From: Promethearchaeota archaeon
Lineage (GTDB): Archaea; Asgardarchaeota; Lokiarchaeia; Sigyniarchaeales; SOKP01
DNA: 64,000 bases
Assembly (NCBI GenBank): GCA_030599585.1
Contig: JAUVNS010000011.1
Span: forward strand, 96,001 to 160,000
Direction of reading: 5' to 3'
How positions within the stretch are numbered: the first letter of the stretch is position 1; each line of letters opens with the position of its first letter. The notes beneath the pieces are model-generated. The model saw only the letters and a program-made list of their open reading frames with translations, searched no databases and was not told the origin of the DNA. A program made the translations under genes and the position numbers. Positions 50,549 to 60,445 of the stretch are shown here, piece after piece.

Positions 50549-51553
50549 TTAACTTTTTAAATTTATTGAGAAATCTTTAAAATCTTCGTCTTGAAATAGT
50601 TCTAACTTATTCCCTGTTGAGAGGAACATTAAAGCCAAAAACATGCGAACAAAAGCGAACTTCTTACCAATGTCGCTTTTTTCTTCTATGTTAATAATTT
50701 CTGCCATGTCATAAAAGGAGGTTTCTTTATCATCGAGGTTTATTTTAGTTTTTATTCTGTTAAACCAAGCGTTGTGTAACTCTTCCACAGTTTGCTCCTT
50801 CCCGCTAATGTGTTTCAAAAGTTCTTTTGGTAGTTGTGCTTTAGATTTTTTTTGAATTCGCTGTTCCTTTAATTCATCCCGCCTCATCCTTCGCCTTTTT
50901 AGTTTTTCTTTCTTCTGCATAGTCTCAATAATAGCAGATCTCATAGCGTCAAATAATTCGTCTTTAGTGGAGATTAACATTTTAGGCTGAATAGGTTGTG
51001 GTAAAGATTTGGGTATTGATCTACCGTGCCTTGCTCTAAATTGCGCCAATTCCTCCTTTTTTTGAATTTGTTCTTCGTCCCGTATTATGCTAGAGATTTT
51101 GTAATGATGTAATACTGCTGAAGTTTTAAGCGCGATTCCTGAAATTTTATAATTAATTAAATCTTCATGAAGCATGTTATTGAAGAATTTGTCAACTAAT
51201 GCTGCCAGATCGTAAAATGCAACATTTGATTCCTTAGCAACTTCGGGGTCTAGAAGGCTTGAAAAAGGTGGTTTATGCCAGAACTTTAACTCTAACTTTT
51301 CTTTATACAATAAAGCGGGGTCTTCTTCCTCGCCGGCGACTAACTCTTCTTCCAACACTTCTACATCCACGTTATCTTGAGTTCGATCTACAAATTCTGG
51401 ATGTGAAGCGATCTTTTCTATGAATTTAATAATTTCATTCTTTTTTGATTTAGACGGTATTTTTATGTTGTTTTTACTTGCAAATTCCCTTAATTTCTTT
51501 ACAGACCATTCACTGAAGTTGTATTTTATCTCTTCACTTTCATTTTCTGGAAC
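50549..51553 (-). CDS. scpA: Kleisin ScpA with N-terminal HeH/LEM-like module
   Basis: DLAALVDKF...ISGIALKTSAVL..K N-domain and FLALMFL...LELFQDEDF C-terminal wH; frame open 61 codons upstream of 51370 behind an AGGTG RBS. Exact start (GTT/ATC/ATA at 51553-51559) is uncertain. Confidence 0.82.
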   Translation of the reverse strand, partial: VPENESEEIKYNFSEWSVKKLREFASKNNIKIPSKSKKNEIIKFIEKIASHPEFVDRTQDNVDVEVLEEELVAGEEEDPALLYKEKLELKFWHKPPFSSLLDPEVAKESNVAFYDLAALVDKFFNNMLHEDLINYKISGIALKTSAVLHHYKISSIIRDEEQIQKKEELAQFRARHGRSIPKSLPQPIQPKMLISTKDELFDAMRSAIIETMQKKEKLKRRRMRRDELKEQRIQKKSKAQLPKELLKHISGKEQTVEELHNAWFNRIKTKINLDDKETSFYDMAEIINIEEKSDIGKKFAFVRMFLALMFLSTGNKLELFQDEDFKDFSINLKS

Positions 51554-51579
51554 GATTATACACCTGAAGCTTATAATTT

Positions 51580-54500
51580 TTAATTTTCTTCAATAGTAGG
51601 GGGTACATCCGGAAGTTCGAGTAACCTTTTTGCTTCTTCTTCTAAATCGACACTAAAAATGTCGGTGATACCGCTTTGTTGCATGGAGACACCGTATATG
51701 CGATCTGCGTTAACTATATTCTCTTCACGATGACTTATTACCAAAAATTGCGCTTGTCTGGCAAATTCTTTGATTACTACACTTACTCTATGAACATTGG
51801 GCCCATCTAATGCTGCATCTATCTCATCCATAATATAAAATGGCGCAGGATAAAATTCCTGAACAGCAAAAATAAATGACAAAGCAACGAGTGTTTTTTC
51901 TCCTCCGCTCAGTATTTCTAAACTGGAGATACGCTTCCCACGAGGTCTAGCTTCTATGCTACATCCACCTTCAAAAGGTTTATCTGGTCTGTCGAGAATC
52001 ATTTTTGCAGATCCCCCCGGTGAAAGCTTCTGAAATATGCGAGCAAACTCACGATTAATTTCGTGGTAAGCCTTCATGAATGTTCGAGTTTTTTCCAATT
52101 CGATTTTTTCAATAGCGTCGAGAATTGCTTTTCGTTCACGTTGTATTGTTTGCCTTCTCATATCTATTTCGTCAAATCTTTCTTTTACAGTATCATATTG
52201 CGTAATAGCTTTTAAGTTAACTGGTTCCAAAGCTTTTTTCTTGTTAGTAGCTGTAGAAATATCTGATTGTAACCCGGATTCTGAAAGCTCGTCAGTCACT
52301 ACCGGCAATGCGCCGTAATCCTTCGATCTCTGGTAAAGAGTTTCTATTTGATCTGTAGTAATAATCTTTTTTGATTCAAAATTGTTTAGTTTTGAATTTT
52401 GCATAGAAATATCAGAGCGTAGGTCGTTTATTACTTTCTGATAATTTTTTTGTTTTTGCCAGGATATATCTTTTCCTTGAATCTGTTTATTAATTTCTTC
52501 CTGTTTTACGTTCTTTTTGTCTTCTTCTTGTTTTAATTCAGTTTCAATGTTTTCAATGTCTTTTACTATTAATTCTATTTGTTTCTCAGTTTCTTTAATG
52601 TCTTGGTTAAGAGATATTATTTTTTGTTCTCGTTCTTTATTTTTATTTAATTCGTTTAATTTTGCTTGTATTTTTTGAAGATCTTTATTGAATTTATTTA
52701 ATTCTTTTTGAACTTTCTTTTGAGCTTCCAACTCTTTGTTTTTATCTTCTCTTAAAGCATCTATGACTAATTGAATTTCAGTGACTTTCTTTTGTACCTC
52801 ATCTACTTGAGTATTAAAACCCTCAACATCTAGAGTACAAGTTTTAATATTTGCTTTAGCTTCCAAGTTTTCCTTAGCTAGTTCTTCAATTGAATTGATA
52901 ACCATCATAACATTTTCAAGTGCTCTTAGGTTATCCATTGTACTTTCTAATTTTTTATTCTGATCACCAATGTGTGCCCTTAACTTTTCGGTATTCTCCC
53001 AAAACTTATTTTTTTCTAAAATATTAGAATCGATTTTTAATGTTAAAGCTTCTTGTTCTAAATTGAGATTTTTAATGTTTTCTTCAGTGTTTATTATGGT
53101 ATTTTTCTTATTTTCTATATTTGAATTTAATTCTTGGACATTTTTCTCAATATCAATAATCTTTTCATAAAAATTTTGTATTCCTTGCAATTCTTGAAGT
53201 CTTTTTTGCAGATCGTCTAATCCTTGTTGCTTTACTTCTATATTTTTCTTGATGGTAGAAACTTTATCCCAGTAATCCTCTTTGAGTTGTTTTAAATTGT
53301 TTATTTCTTCATTGAAATTTTCTTTTTGTTTTTCTCTTATTACATTATTCCTCTGTTTAACCTCAGCATCAGATTTTTCGATTTTTTCAAGTAATTCAGT
53401 GATTCTTTTATTAACTTTTTCTAACCTCTTATTAGTAACTGATAAATCGTCAGAATCATGTTTTTCTTGAGTATTTATCCGGGTTAAATCTTTCTCAATT
53501 TTGTTTAGATCTACATTTTGAGATGCAATATTTTCAGTAATCTCTTCAAGCTGTTTATACTGCTCTTGGGATTTTGACATGGTGAGTTTTCGCAATGATA
53601 AGTATACATTCTCAAGAATTTCCATTAAATCTTGCACAAAGCTATCAAATGTTGATGTAGATTGTTGAATCTCTACATCAGCAGTTTCCTTTACAGAATC
53701 AATTAACTGATCTATCGTGGTATCAACATTTTCAGTAAAAAGAGTTAATGTCTGAAGTATAGACTTGAGAGTTTCAGACACTTCAGCATCCTCTGGTTTC
53801 TGTTCTGCTTCTGCTTCAGCTTCAGAGCTTACGTCTTCAATCGTCGTCATAATATCAATAATGTCAAGGACAAATTGTTTAAAGTTGACCGCTGATGTAT
53901 CAATTGCCTCAGCGTTAGACTGTTGAATGTTACTCTTGATAGATTCAACGGATATATTGATATTCTGAGTTAGCATGTTCAGTATTTGGAGGATTCCGGT
54001 TATATCTTCAGTATTTCTTTCGTATTCTTTTTCTGTATTTTCTATTTTAGCTAACAAATTATTTTTCTCAGTGGTTAGCTCTCCTAACCGTCTTTGAATA
54101 TTATCTTTTTTTTTATTAAGCCCTTCTGATTCAGAGCTAATTTTAGTTAAATTTGCGTTCAGAGTTGACGATTTTAATTCTAAATCTTGTTTTTCTCTCT
54201 CAAGATTTGTCAATTCTTTTTTTAATAGATTTGACCTCGTATTAATATTATCAATTTTAGTTTTGTTATCATTAATTTCTGATTCAATAGAATCTTGTTT
54301 CATTAACAATAATTCTAAATCTTGTTCATTTTTTCTATAAATAGAATCTTCATCTTTTAATTGTTGTCGATAACTGTTTAATTCGTTAGTTAGCGTGTCT
54401 TTTTCCTTTAAAAGCTCTTTTAATGCCTCTTCTGTGTCTTTCCCTTTACTTAATTCTTTGATTTTTTCTTCAGTTTTAATTTTATCTGAGTTCAATGTCT

Positions 54501-56049
54501 CTATCCTATCGGTGTTCATCTTAATCTCTGTAGTTAGTGACGATAACATAGATTTAAAATCTGTTGCCTTTGAATTAAGTTTGTTCTTATCTTCTTGTAG
54601 GGTTATAATAATTTTCTCTAGATCTTGTTGATTTTCGTTCTCTTTTGAGATTTTTATATTCAAGTCATTAATTTCTTTTCTTGTGGCTTCAGCTTCATTT
54701 TTTGTGTTGGCTATCGCATCTTCAATGCTTTCTGATTCTCCTTTTAATTTGCTAAGATCTAGTTCTAATTTCTGTTTTTTTCCTTCGTTTTTTTTAATAT
54801 TTTCTTTCAGAATTTTAATTTGAGCTTTATTCGATGAAATATTTTGCTTTATAATGGAGATTTCTCCATTAAATCCTGTTTTTACATCGCTTTGATCTTT
54901 AATTTTTGCATCAATATCAGCTTGTTTTTGATGTTTACTTTCTATTTCTGCTTTTGCTGCTTCAATCTGGCTCTCTGTATCTGCTACAACCTTCCTTTCT
55001 GATTCAATTAAAGAATCAAATGTTTGATCTTCATCAAGAACCATCTGTAATTTTTCCAATGTATTAATTTCTTGAGAAATTTTTTCAACTGACTTATTTG
55101 CGAGGGTTAAAGATGTTTGATTTGAAGATTGTTGTGTTTTAAGATGAGTAATTTTTTCAGTGATTATTTCCCTTTCTTTTTCTTTTTCAGTTATGGTTTT
55201 TTGAATATTTTCCATAACCAATGATTCTTGTTTTATAATGTCATCCTGTCTTGTTAATTTTTCTTTTAACTCTTCTAAAATTGTATTAGATTCTTCAATA
55301 CTTTTTTCTAGATCATTTTCTTCCTTCCTTAATTTCTCAATCTTTAATGCTATCAATTGAGCGTTGTATAAGTCGATTTGTTCATCTAACTCTTTCCATG
55401 CCAAAGCATCATTCTTTTCCTTTTCTACTTTCTTTAATTGAGAAGAAACTTCTTTGAAAATTGCTTCAAATTGGCCTAGATCTCTTTCAGCCTTCTCTAA
55501 TTCCTTCATAGTTCCATCTTTCATCTCATCGTATTTCTGTAGGCCAATAAGTTCTTCTATAAATATTCTACGGGCTACCGGGTTCATGTGAGTTAATTCT
55601 ACTATTTTCCCTTGCAGAACGAATTGATTGCTTCCATCAGGATCTACATTTGCTGCTGCAAGAGCATTAAGAATTTGAGTTCTAGTGGATTTTTTACCGT
55701 TCATCTTATAACCTCCACCCCCACCTCGTTGAATTGTTCGAGTAACTTCAAATGTTTCTGTTCCACCTGGAAAGATTTCCTCTGAGTTATCGAAATATAA
55801 TGTAACCGAAGCTCTATTTGAAGGGTTTTTTCCTCGGGATCCGGCAAAAATCAAATCTTCAAGGCTCTTAGCTCTCATAGTTTTTTTGCTTAGCCTACCT
55901 AGAGCAAACGTTAAAGCGTCAATAATATTAGATTTTCCTGCACCATTTGGGCCTACTATACATGTAAAACCACTCGAAAGTCTAAGAGTAACAGTTCTGT
56001 CACCAAATGATTTAAATCCGGTCATAGAAATTTTTTTGATGTAAGTCAA
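51580..56049 (-). CDS. smc: SMC ATPase with elongated arms and a non-canonical central domain
   Basis: GPNGAGKS, FVLQG, LSGGEK, IMDEIDAALD, SH loop; directly upstream of scpA and scpB. Confidence 0.93.
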   Translation of the reverse strand: MTYIKKISMTGFKSFGDRTVTLRLSSGFTCIVGPNGAGKSNIIDALTFALGRLSKKTMRAKSLEDLIFAGSRGKNPSNRASVTLYFDNSEEIFPGGTETFEVTRTIQRGGGGGYKMNGKKSTRTQILNALAAANVDPDGSNQFVLQGKIVELTHMNPVARRIFIEELIGLQKYDEMKDGTMKELEKAERDLGQFEAIFKEVSSQLKKVEKEKNDALAWKELDEQIDLYNAQLIALKIEKLRKEENDLEKSIEESNTILEELKEKLTRQDDIIKQESLVMENIQKTITEKEKEREIITEKITHLKTQQSSNQTSLTLANKSVEKISQEINTLEKLQMVLDEDQTFDSLIESERKVVADTESQIEAAKAEIESKHQKQADIDAKIKDQSDVKTGFNGEISIIKQNISSNKAQIKILKENIKKNEGKKQKLELDLSKLKGESESIEDAIANTKNEAEATRKEINDLNIKISKENENQQDLEKIIITLQEDKNKLNSKATDFKSMLSSLTTEIKMNTDRIETLNSDKIKTEEKIKELSKGKDTEEALKELLKEKDTLTNELNSYRQQLKDEDSIYRKNEQDLELLLMKQDSIESEINDNKTKIDNINTRSNLLKKELTNLEREKQDLELKSSTLNANLTKISSESEGLNKKKDNIQRRLGELTTEKNNLLAKIENTEKEYERNTEDITGILQILNMLTQNINISVESIKSNIQQSNAEAIDTSAVNFKQFVLDIIDIMTTIEDVSSEAEAEAEQKPEDAEVSETLKSILQTLTLFTENVDTTIDQLIDSVKETADVEIQQSTSTFDSFVQDLMEILENVYLSLRKLTMSKSQEQYKQLEEITENIASQNVDLNKIEKDLTRINTQEKHDSDDLSVTNKRLEKVNKRITELLEKIEKSDAEVKQRNNVIREKQKENFNEEINNLKQLKEDYWDKVSTIKKNIEVKQQGLDDLQKRLQELQGIQNFYEKIIDIEKNVQELNSNIENKKNTIINTEENIKNLNLEQEALTLKIDSNILEKNKFWENTEKLRAHIGDQNKKLESTMDNLRALENVMMVINSIEELAKENLEAKANIKTCTLDVEGFNTQVDEVQKKVTEIQLVIDALREDKNKELEAQKKVQKELNKFNKDLQKIQAKLNELNKNKEREQKIISLNQDIKETEKQIELIVKDIENIETELKQEEDKKNVKQEEINKQIQGKDISWQKQKNYQKVINDLRSDISMQNSKLNNFESKKIITTDQIETLYQRSKDYGALPVVTDELSESGLQSDISTATNKKKALEPVNLKAITQYDTVKERFDEIDMRRQTIQRERKAILDAIEKIELEKTRTFMKAYHEINREFARIFQKLSPGGSAKMILDRPDKPFEGGCSIEARPRGKRISSLEILSGGEKTLVALSFIFAVQEFYPAPFYIMDEIDAALDGPNVHRVSVVIKEFARQAQFLVISHREENIVNADRIYGVSMQQSGITDIFSVDLEEEAKRLLELPDVPPTIEEN

Positions 56050-56203
56050 ATTTGAATCGCCATTTCATTCATTCTTTTATAAAATAAAGTATGATTTCAT
56101 CTATTTATATGCTCGGGATATGAATGTTAGGATTCTTGTTTTTAACATAATTTTGAATCTATGCAATTTGAAGCATTATTCAAGTTCTTAAAATTAAAAA
56201 AAA

Positions 56204-57388
56204 TTAGTGTTTGGTGAAGATAGCATCCATGATAGGTTTTAGTTGCTTTGGGTTTATGACCATAAAGTAATTATCATAGTTCAAGACGTTGTCGTTAAAG
56301 TAACGAAAATTATTTACATTATTTTTTTTTGAAGCATTTAATATCCCTATATTGCGCAAATTAACGATTAAATGTTTAAATTCCTCTATATTCTTTTCAT
56401 AATCTATTGATTCACAAGTTACATAGTACAGTTCTCTTAATTCCTGGATAGTTATATAAAGATTTGCTTTTTTTAGAAAATAATTAGACAAATTATCCAG
56501 AAAAATTAAATTTAACAGATCTGACTCTGAGATATAGCTTACCATACTGAATTCATCTGTAATTTGAAGGGTGTCAAATTGATTTTGAAGAATATCATAA
56601 ATCTCGAACTTTTTCAAAGTAATTTTTTGATTTAAAACAGGATAAAGCTCTCTTAAAATTTCGATACCTTTTCCGGGAACAGGTACATGGTGCTCGAAAA
56701 TTAAATCAGTAATTAAATCTATTAACTCGTTATCTATCTCATTTTTGAAAGCCAATGAAATTCTTTGCTTTATAATGTCGTTAAGCTCGGAGAATGAAAA
56801 ATAATCTAACTTCTTCTTAAAGTCAAATTCACTCATAATTTCTAGGATAGACGATCTTAAAACTTGATTACCCGTAGATATTACATTAATTTTGTTTTCT
56901 TTGCCGTATTTTAAAAATTTTTTAAAAGCCTCTGGTTGTATGTGTTCAATGTTATTAAACACTATGGTGATATTATGGTCTACTTTTCTACATACAAGCT
57001 TAAATAAGTTCCATAAATCCAAGATAGATGAATTTAGGAACGATTTATAATCAAAATTGATGTTCTTTCTACTTCCAACTTCAGCTATTAACGAAACTAA
57101 AATCTCTTCCACACTTTTTTCTGAACAATCAATTTGGATTTTTATAAGTTCAGGATTTAAAGTAGATATGTCGTTCAAGACCGAATTTACAATGACCTTT
57201 TTCCCTATACCTTGGATTCCTTGAAATAATATATTCAGTTGAAATTCATCATGTAATGAATCTTTAAGAATTGAATAGAGCGCTTTTTCTTCCGTTTTCC
57301 GATGTAATATTTTAGGAGGAATGTAGGTCTGATCAAATAACGCTCTTGGACCTACAAATTCGTTATTTATCCTTTGTGCAGAAATCAT
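56204..57388 (-). CDS. Orc1/Cdc6-like protein with degenerate ATPase motifs
   Basis: FDQTYIPPKILHRKTE, GIQGIGKK, IVFNNIE, YFSFSELNDIIKQR, C-terminal wH. Confidence 0.8.
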   Translation of the reverse strand: MISAQRINNEFVGPRALFDQTYIPPKILHRKTEEKALYSILKDSLHDEFQLNILFQGIQGIGKKVIVNSVLNDISTLNPELIKIQIDCSEKSVEEILVSLIAEVGSRKNINFDYKSFLNSSILDLWNLFKLVCRKVDHNITIVFNNIEHIQPEAFKKFLKYGKENKINVISTGNQVLRSSILEIMSEFDFKKKLDYFSFSELNDIIKQRISLAFKNEIDNELIDLITDLIFEHHVPVPGKGIEILRELYPVLNQKITLKKFEIYDILQNQFDTLQITDEFSMVSYISESDLLNLIFLDNLSNYFLKKANLYITIQELRELYYVTCESIDYEKNIEEFKHLIVNLRNIGILNASKKNNVNNFRYFNDNVLNYDNYFMVINPKQLKPIMDAIFTKH

Positions 57389-57557
57389 TTTCTTTTTTAT
57401 TTTTTATTTTTTATTATTAATTTAAAAATTCATATTTAAACCCCCCGGGAGATAGGTCATTGGATCTAAAAATGCTCCTATTTAAAATTGAAAAAAAGTT
57501 TACAAATTGATAAAGAATTAGAACCAAAGTTAAGAAAAGTTTATGATTAACCTATTT

Positions 57558-58373
57558 TTAATTAGTTTTTCTTACGTTAATTGCATTTTTATCTATAACT
57601 TCTTTAAATCTCAATTTTCTCAGCTTTTTTGGAAATGCTAAATCAATCTCATCGTATACATATCCACTCGAATCAATGGGGCCTTCAATTACTCTTAGTT
57701 TTGAAGGCGATATAAAATCTTTTTCAAACGATATTATTTTACTATTTCCTGGAAACTTCCTTTTCAAGATCGTCCCAAAAGTGTTACATGCTACAACTGG
57801 TATCCTGTTTTCCAGAGCTCGAGTTTTTAAATATGTCTTCCAATTTACCATCCCATCTACGCTAATTTGCGTAGGAGAAAATAATATATCCGCCCCGTTT
57901 TCTGCAGAGATTCTAGGAGTTTCAAAAAACGCCATGTCAAAACAAATTAAAATTGTAAAACTGATTTTTTTAAATGAAAAAATTATTAATTCTTTACCTG
58001 GTTCAAAGTTAAGCTGTTCATATGAATAAAGATGTATTTTATCTTGTCTATCTATCTCATCTCCATTATTATCAAAGAAATAGCTAGTGATTCTTGGTTT
58101 AGCTGAATCTTTTCTTTTTTCCCATAAAGCTCCTGAAATTATTCCTATTCCGTAATCTTTTGCTAAATTTTTTATAAATTTATAATTGTTTCCCCTTTCT
58201 TTTTGTATATTAAGTTCTTTTTTATTAATAGGCGATGTCCATCTTTCTGGTAAACAAATAATATCACAATTATTATGGTGCTTAATAAGAGATTTTAATA
58301 TTTTTTCTACTTCAGAGTAACTTTTATCTGTTTGGGGTAAAATTTCTGGTTGAATACAAGCAAGATGTATCAT
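57558..58373 (-). CDS. Carbon-nitrogen hydrolase (nitrilase family)
   Basis: LPE, KIHL, ICFD catalytic triad; RALEN. Confidence 0.9.
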   Translation of the reverse strand: MIHLACIQPEILPQTDKSYSEVEKILKSLIKHHNNCDIICLPERWTSPINKKELNIQKERGNNYKFIKNLAKDYGIGIISGALWEKRKDSAKPRITSYFFDNNGDEIDRQDKIHLYSYEQLNFEPGKELIIFSFKKISFTILICFDMAFFETPRISAENGADILFSPTQISVDGMVNWKTYLKTRALENRIPVVACNTFGTILKRKFPGNSKIISFEKDFISPSKLRVIEGPIDSSGYVYDEIDLAFPKKLRKLRFKEVIDKNAINVRKTN

Positions 58374-59128
58374 TAGACTTTTCCAATATAAAATTTTTGA
58401 TTGATATCATTGATAATATTGAAAAGTTCATCTAACCTTGAAATTTCATGATCAGGTTTGTTTTCTTCAGAAATAGTTTCACCTGTAACATTGGTATCAT
58501 ATTTTCCACCACGATGAATGTAAACGCTGTGGATTTTATTAAAATTAGCTGGTATTATATCCTTGTAAATATTATCTCCAACATAAATAGTTTCGTGCCC
58601 CTTTACCTTAAATTTCTTTAAACAATAAGAAAATAGCTCAGGATTTGGTTTTCTTATCCCAATTTCATCAGAAATTACAACTAGATCAATCAAATCGTCT
58701 ATCCCAAGTCGTAGAATCTTCTCATATTGTTTGATAGGAATTCCATCCGTTATAATAGCTGTTTTAATTGAAGATTTTTTAAGGTTTTCTAAGGTTTTTA
58801 AAACATCGTTGTAGAGTTGAATGTGTTTAATTTTTTGACCATGGTAAGCCATTACCGCTGTTGTAATGTATCTAACTTGCTCGTTAAAACTAATTGCATA
58901 ATTTTCATATAGGGTTAATCTCCTGATAAAGTAATCATAGTGTTTTGAAGAATTAGAACCGTATTCATCGACGATTTCTTGGATTAAGATCAAGGCTTTT
59001 TGTCTCTCAATTTTTAACCCTATGCTCAACATCGCGTCTATACCTTTAATTCTTGCTCTTTGAGAGAGACCAGTTGAATCGAAAAGGCAGTCATCGAGGT
59101 CAAATCCTACAAGTTTTATAGGGCACAT
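58373..59128 (-). CDS. HAD-superfamily hydrolase
   Basis: FDLDDCL, ITDG, KPNP, VGDNIYKDI. Confidence 0.92.
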   Translation of the reverse strand: MCPIKLVGFDLDDCLFDSTGLSQRARIKGIDAMLSIGLKIERQKALILIQEIVDEYGSNSSKHYDYFIRRLTLYENYAISFNEQVRYITTAVMAYHGQKIKHIQLYNDVLKTLENLKKSSIKTAIITDGIPIKQYEKILRLGIDDLIDLVVISDEIGIRKPNPELFSYCLKKFKVKGHETIYVGDNIYKDIIPANFNKIHSVYIHRGGKYDTNVTGETISEENKPDHEISRLDELFNIINDINQKFYIGKV

Positions 59129-59278
59129 TAGCTCTTAGAAAAAACCTTAAATTAGATTTAATTGAAATAAATTTATTTATTTTTACGAATATATAACCTT
59201 TAATATTAATTTATTCTATGTAAAACTTAAATTAGTTTGAAGAGATTTTTACAACAATATTTAACGGAGATTCATTAA

Positions 59279-60439
59279 TTGAAACCTATTGTCGCTTTAT
59301 CTTATTTTCATCGAAAGATTGGTCCACTAGTCTTTTATTCATATCCCGAAAATATGCTAGATGAACATCTTTCAACAAGAATAGCAAACATAATGGATCA
59401 AACAGTAAGCGAAGGATTTTTTACTCATTCTTTTGAACAAAATATTTCAAACAACAACTATTTTGAAATTCATTCTGATTGGGCTCGTGGAAATAAGGAA
59501 ATGTTAATGGTCTCTATAATTTTTGATCAACAAATAAATTTGGAAATAGAGCAAAATGTAAACATTTTATGCACGGAATTTATTGAAAAATTACTCTCTA
59601 ACGAGGAAATTTTCACTGCGTTTTATGTAAATGATATAAATAATTTTGAGGAACATGACAAAGACCTTATCTATAAACACAATTCTTTGATAAAATTATG
59701 GGTTAAGGAATTATATTGGGCAGCACTTGAAGATACTCGAGAAAAAAGCGAGGAAGAGAAGATTGCAACCTTACTAAATAAAAGACACGTCTTTTTGATG
59801 TTAAAAAAACTTTCAAAAGGCCCAATTGCTTTAGATGGATTAAGAGAATGGTATAACACTACATTTCCAAAATTAGATTTTAAAGAGTTAATCGATACTT
59901 TAGTCTCTAAACAGTTTATTTTCATAAATCAAATTGGGATTGTAGAAAAGTACGTGTTATTATTGAAGGAAGTTAATGCTGAAAGAATCCCTCCCGATAG
60001 TGTAATTGAATATATTGACGAAAACCCCGATTTAATTGAACTTGAATTAATCGAATTATTACTCCCAAAAGTACAGGAGTATTTTAGTATTTACGAAAAT
60101 AAAAATAAAAAAGAATTGGAGGAAGATACATTCGCTTTATTTCAGATTGTTTCTGATCCAAAAAAATACAGTCTACTATCAGAATTAAGAAATGGGCTAA
60201 TTTCAAAAGATAAATTACCGAAATTAATCTCAAAAAGAGCACTTGACCACCTCAACTCTTCGTTGTCCTTCCTAAAGAAATATGATGTAATTGAAGAATT
60301 AAAATATAAAGACGAGCGATATATTTTTTTAAAAACTAACATTCAGATCACAACCGCTTTTCCCGAATACTTGAGAAAATCATTGCCTCAGGAATCTAAA
60401 CCAGTAATTGCAAAAAAATATAAACCTAAAGGAGATTAA
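59279..60439 (+). CDS. uDENN/longin-like domain protein
   Basis: N-terminal LSYFHRKIGPLVFYSYP and ARGNKEML pattern resemble uDENN/longin domains; C-terminal part looks like tandem wH. Confidence 0.55.
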   Translation: MKPIVALSYFHRKIGPLVFYSYPENMLDEHLSTRIANIMDQTVSEGFFTHSFEQNISNNNYFEIHSDWARGNKEMLMVSIIFDQQINLEIEQNVNILCTEFIEKLLSNEEIFTAFYVNDINNFEEHDKDLIYKHNSLIKLWVKELYWAALEDTREKSEEEKIATLLNKRHVFLMLKKLSKGPIALDGLREWYNTTFPKLDFKELIDTLVSKQFIFINQIGIVEKYVLLLKEVNAERIPPDSVIEYIDENPDLIELELIELLLPKVQEYFSIYENKNKKELEEDTFALFQIVSDPKKYSLLSELRNGLISKDKLPKLISKRALDHLNSSLSFLKKYDVIEELKYKDERYIFLKTNIQITTAFPEYLRKSLPQESKPVIAKKYKPKGD

Positions 60440-60445
60440 GAATCT

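Noticed and set aside
51580-56049. SMC as Rad50/SbcC or Wadjet JetC
   Set aside because: No CXXC hook, no mre11/sbcD or jetD neighbour; head motifs and the scpA/scpB order fit Smc-ScpAB
57425-57480. G-string (minus strand TCCAATGACCTATCTCCCGGGGGG) upstream of the cdc6-like gene as an ORB/replication origin
   Set aside because: Single copy, poor match to the ORB inverted core and short intergenic space; cannot be supported without GC-skew or repeat analysis
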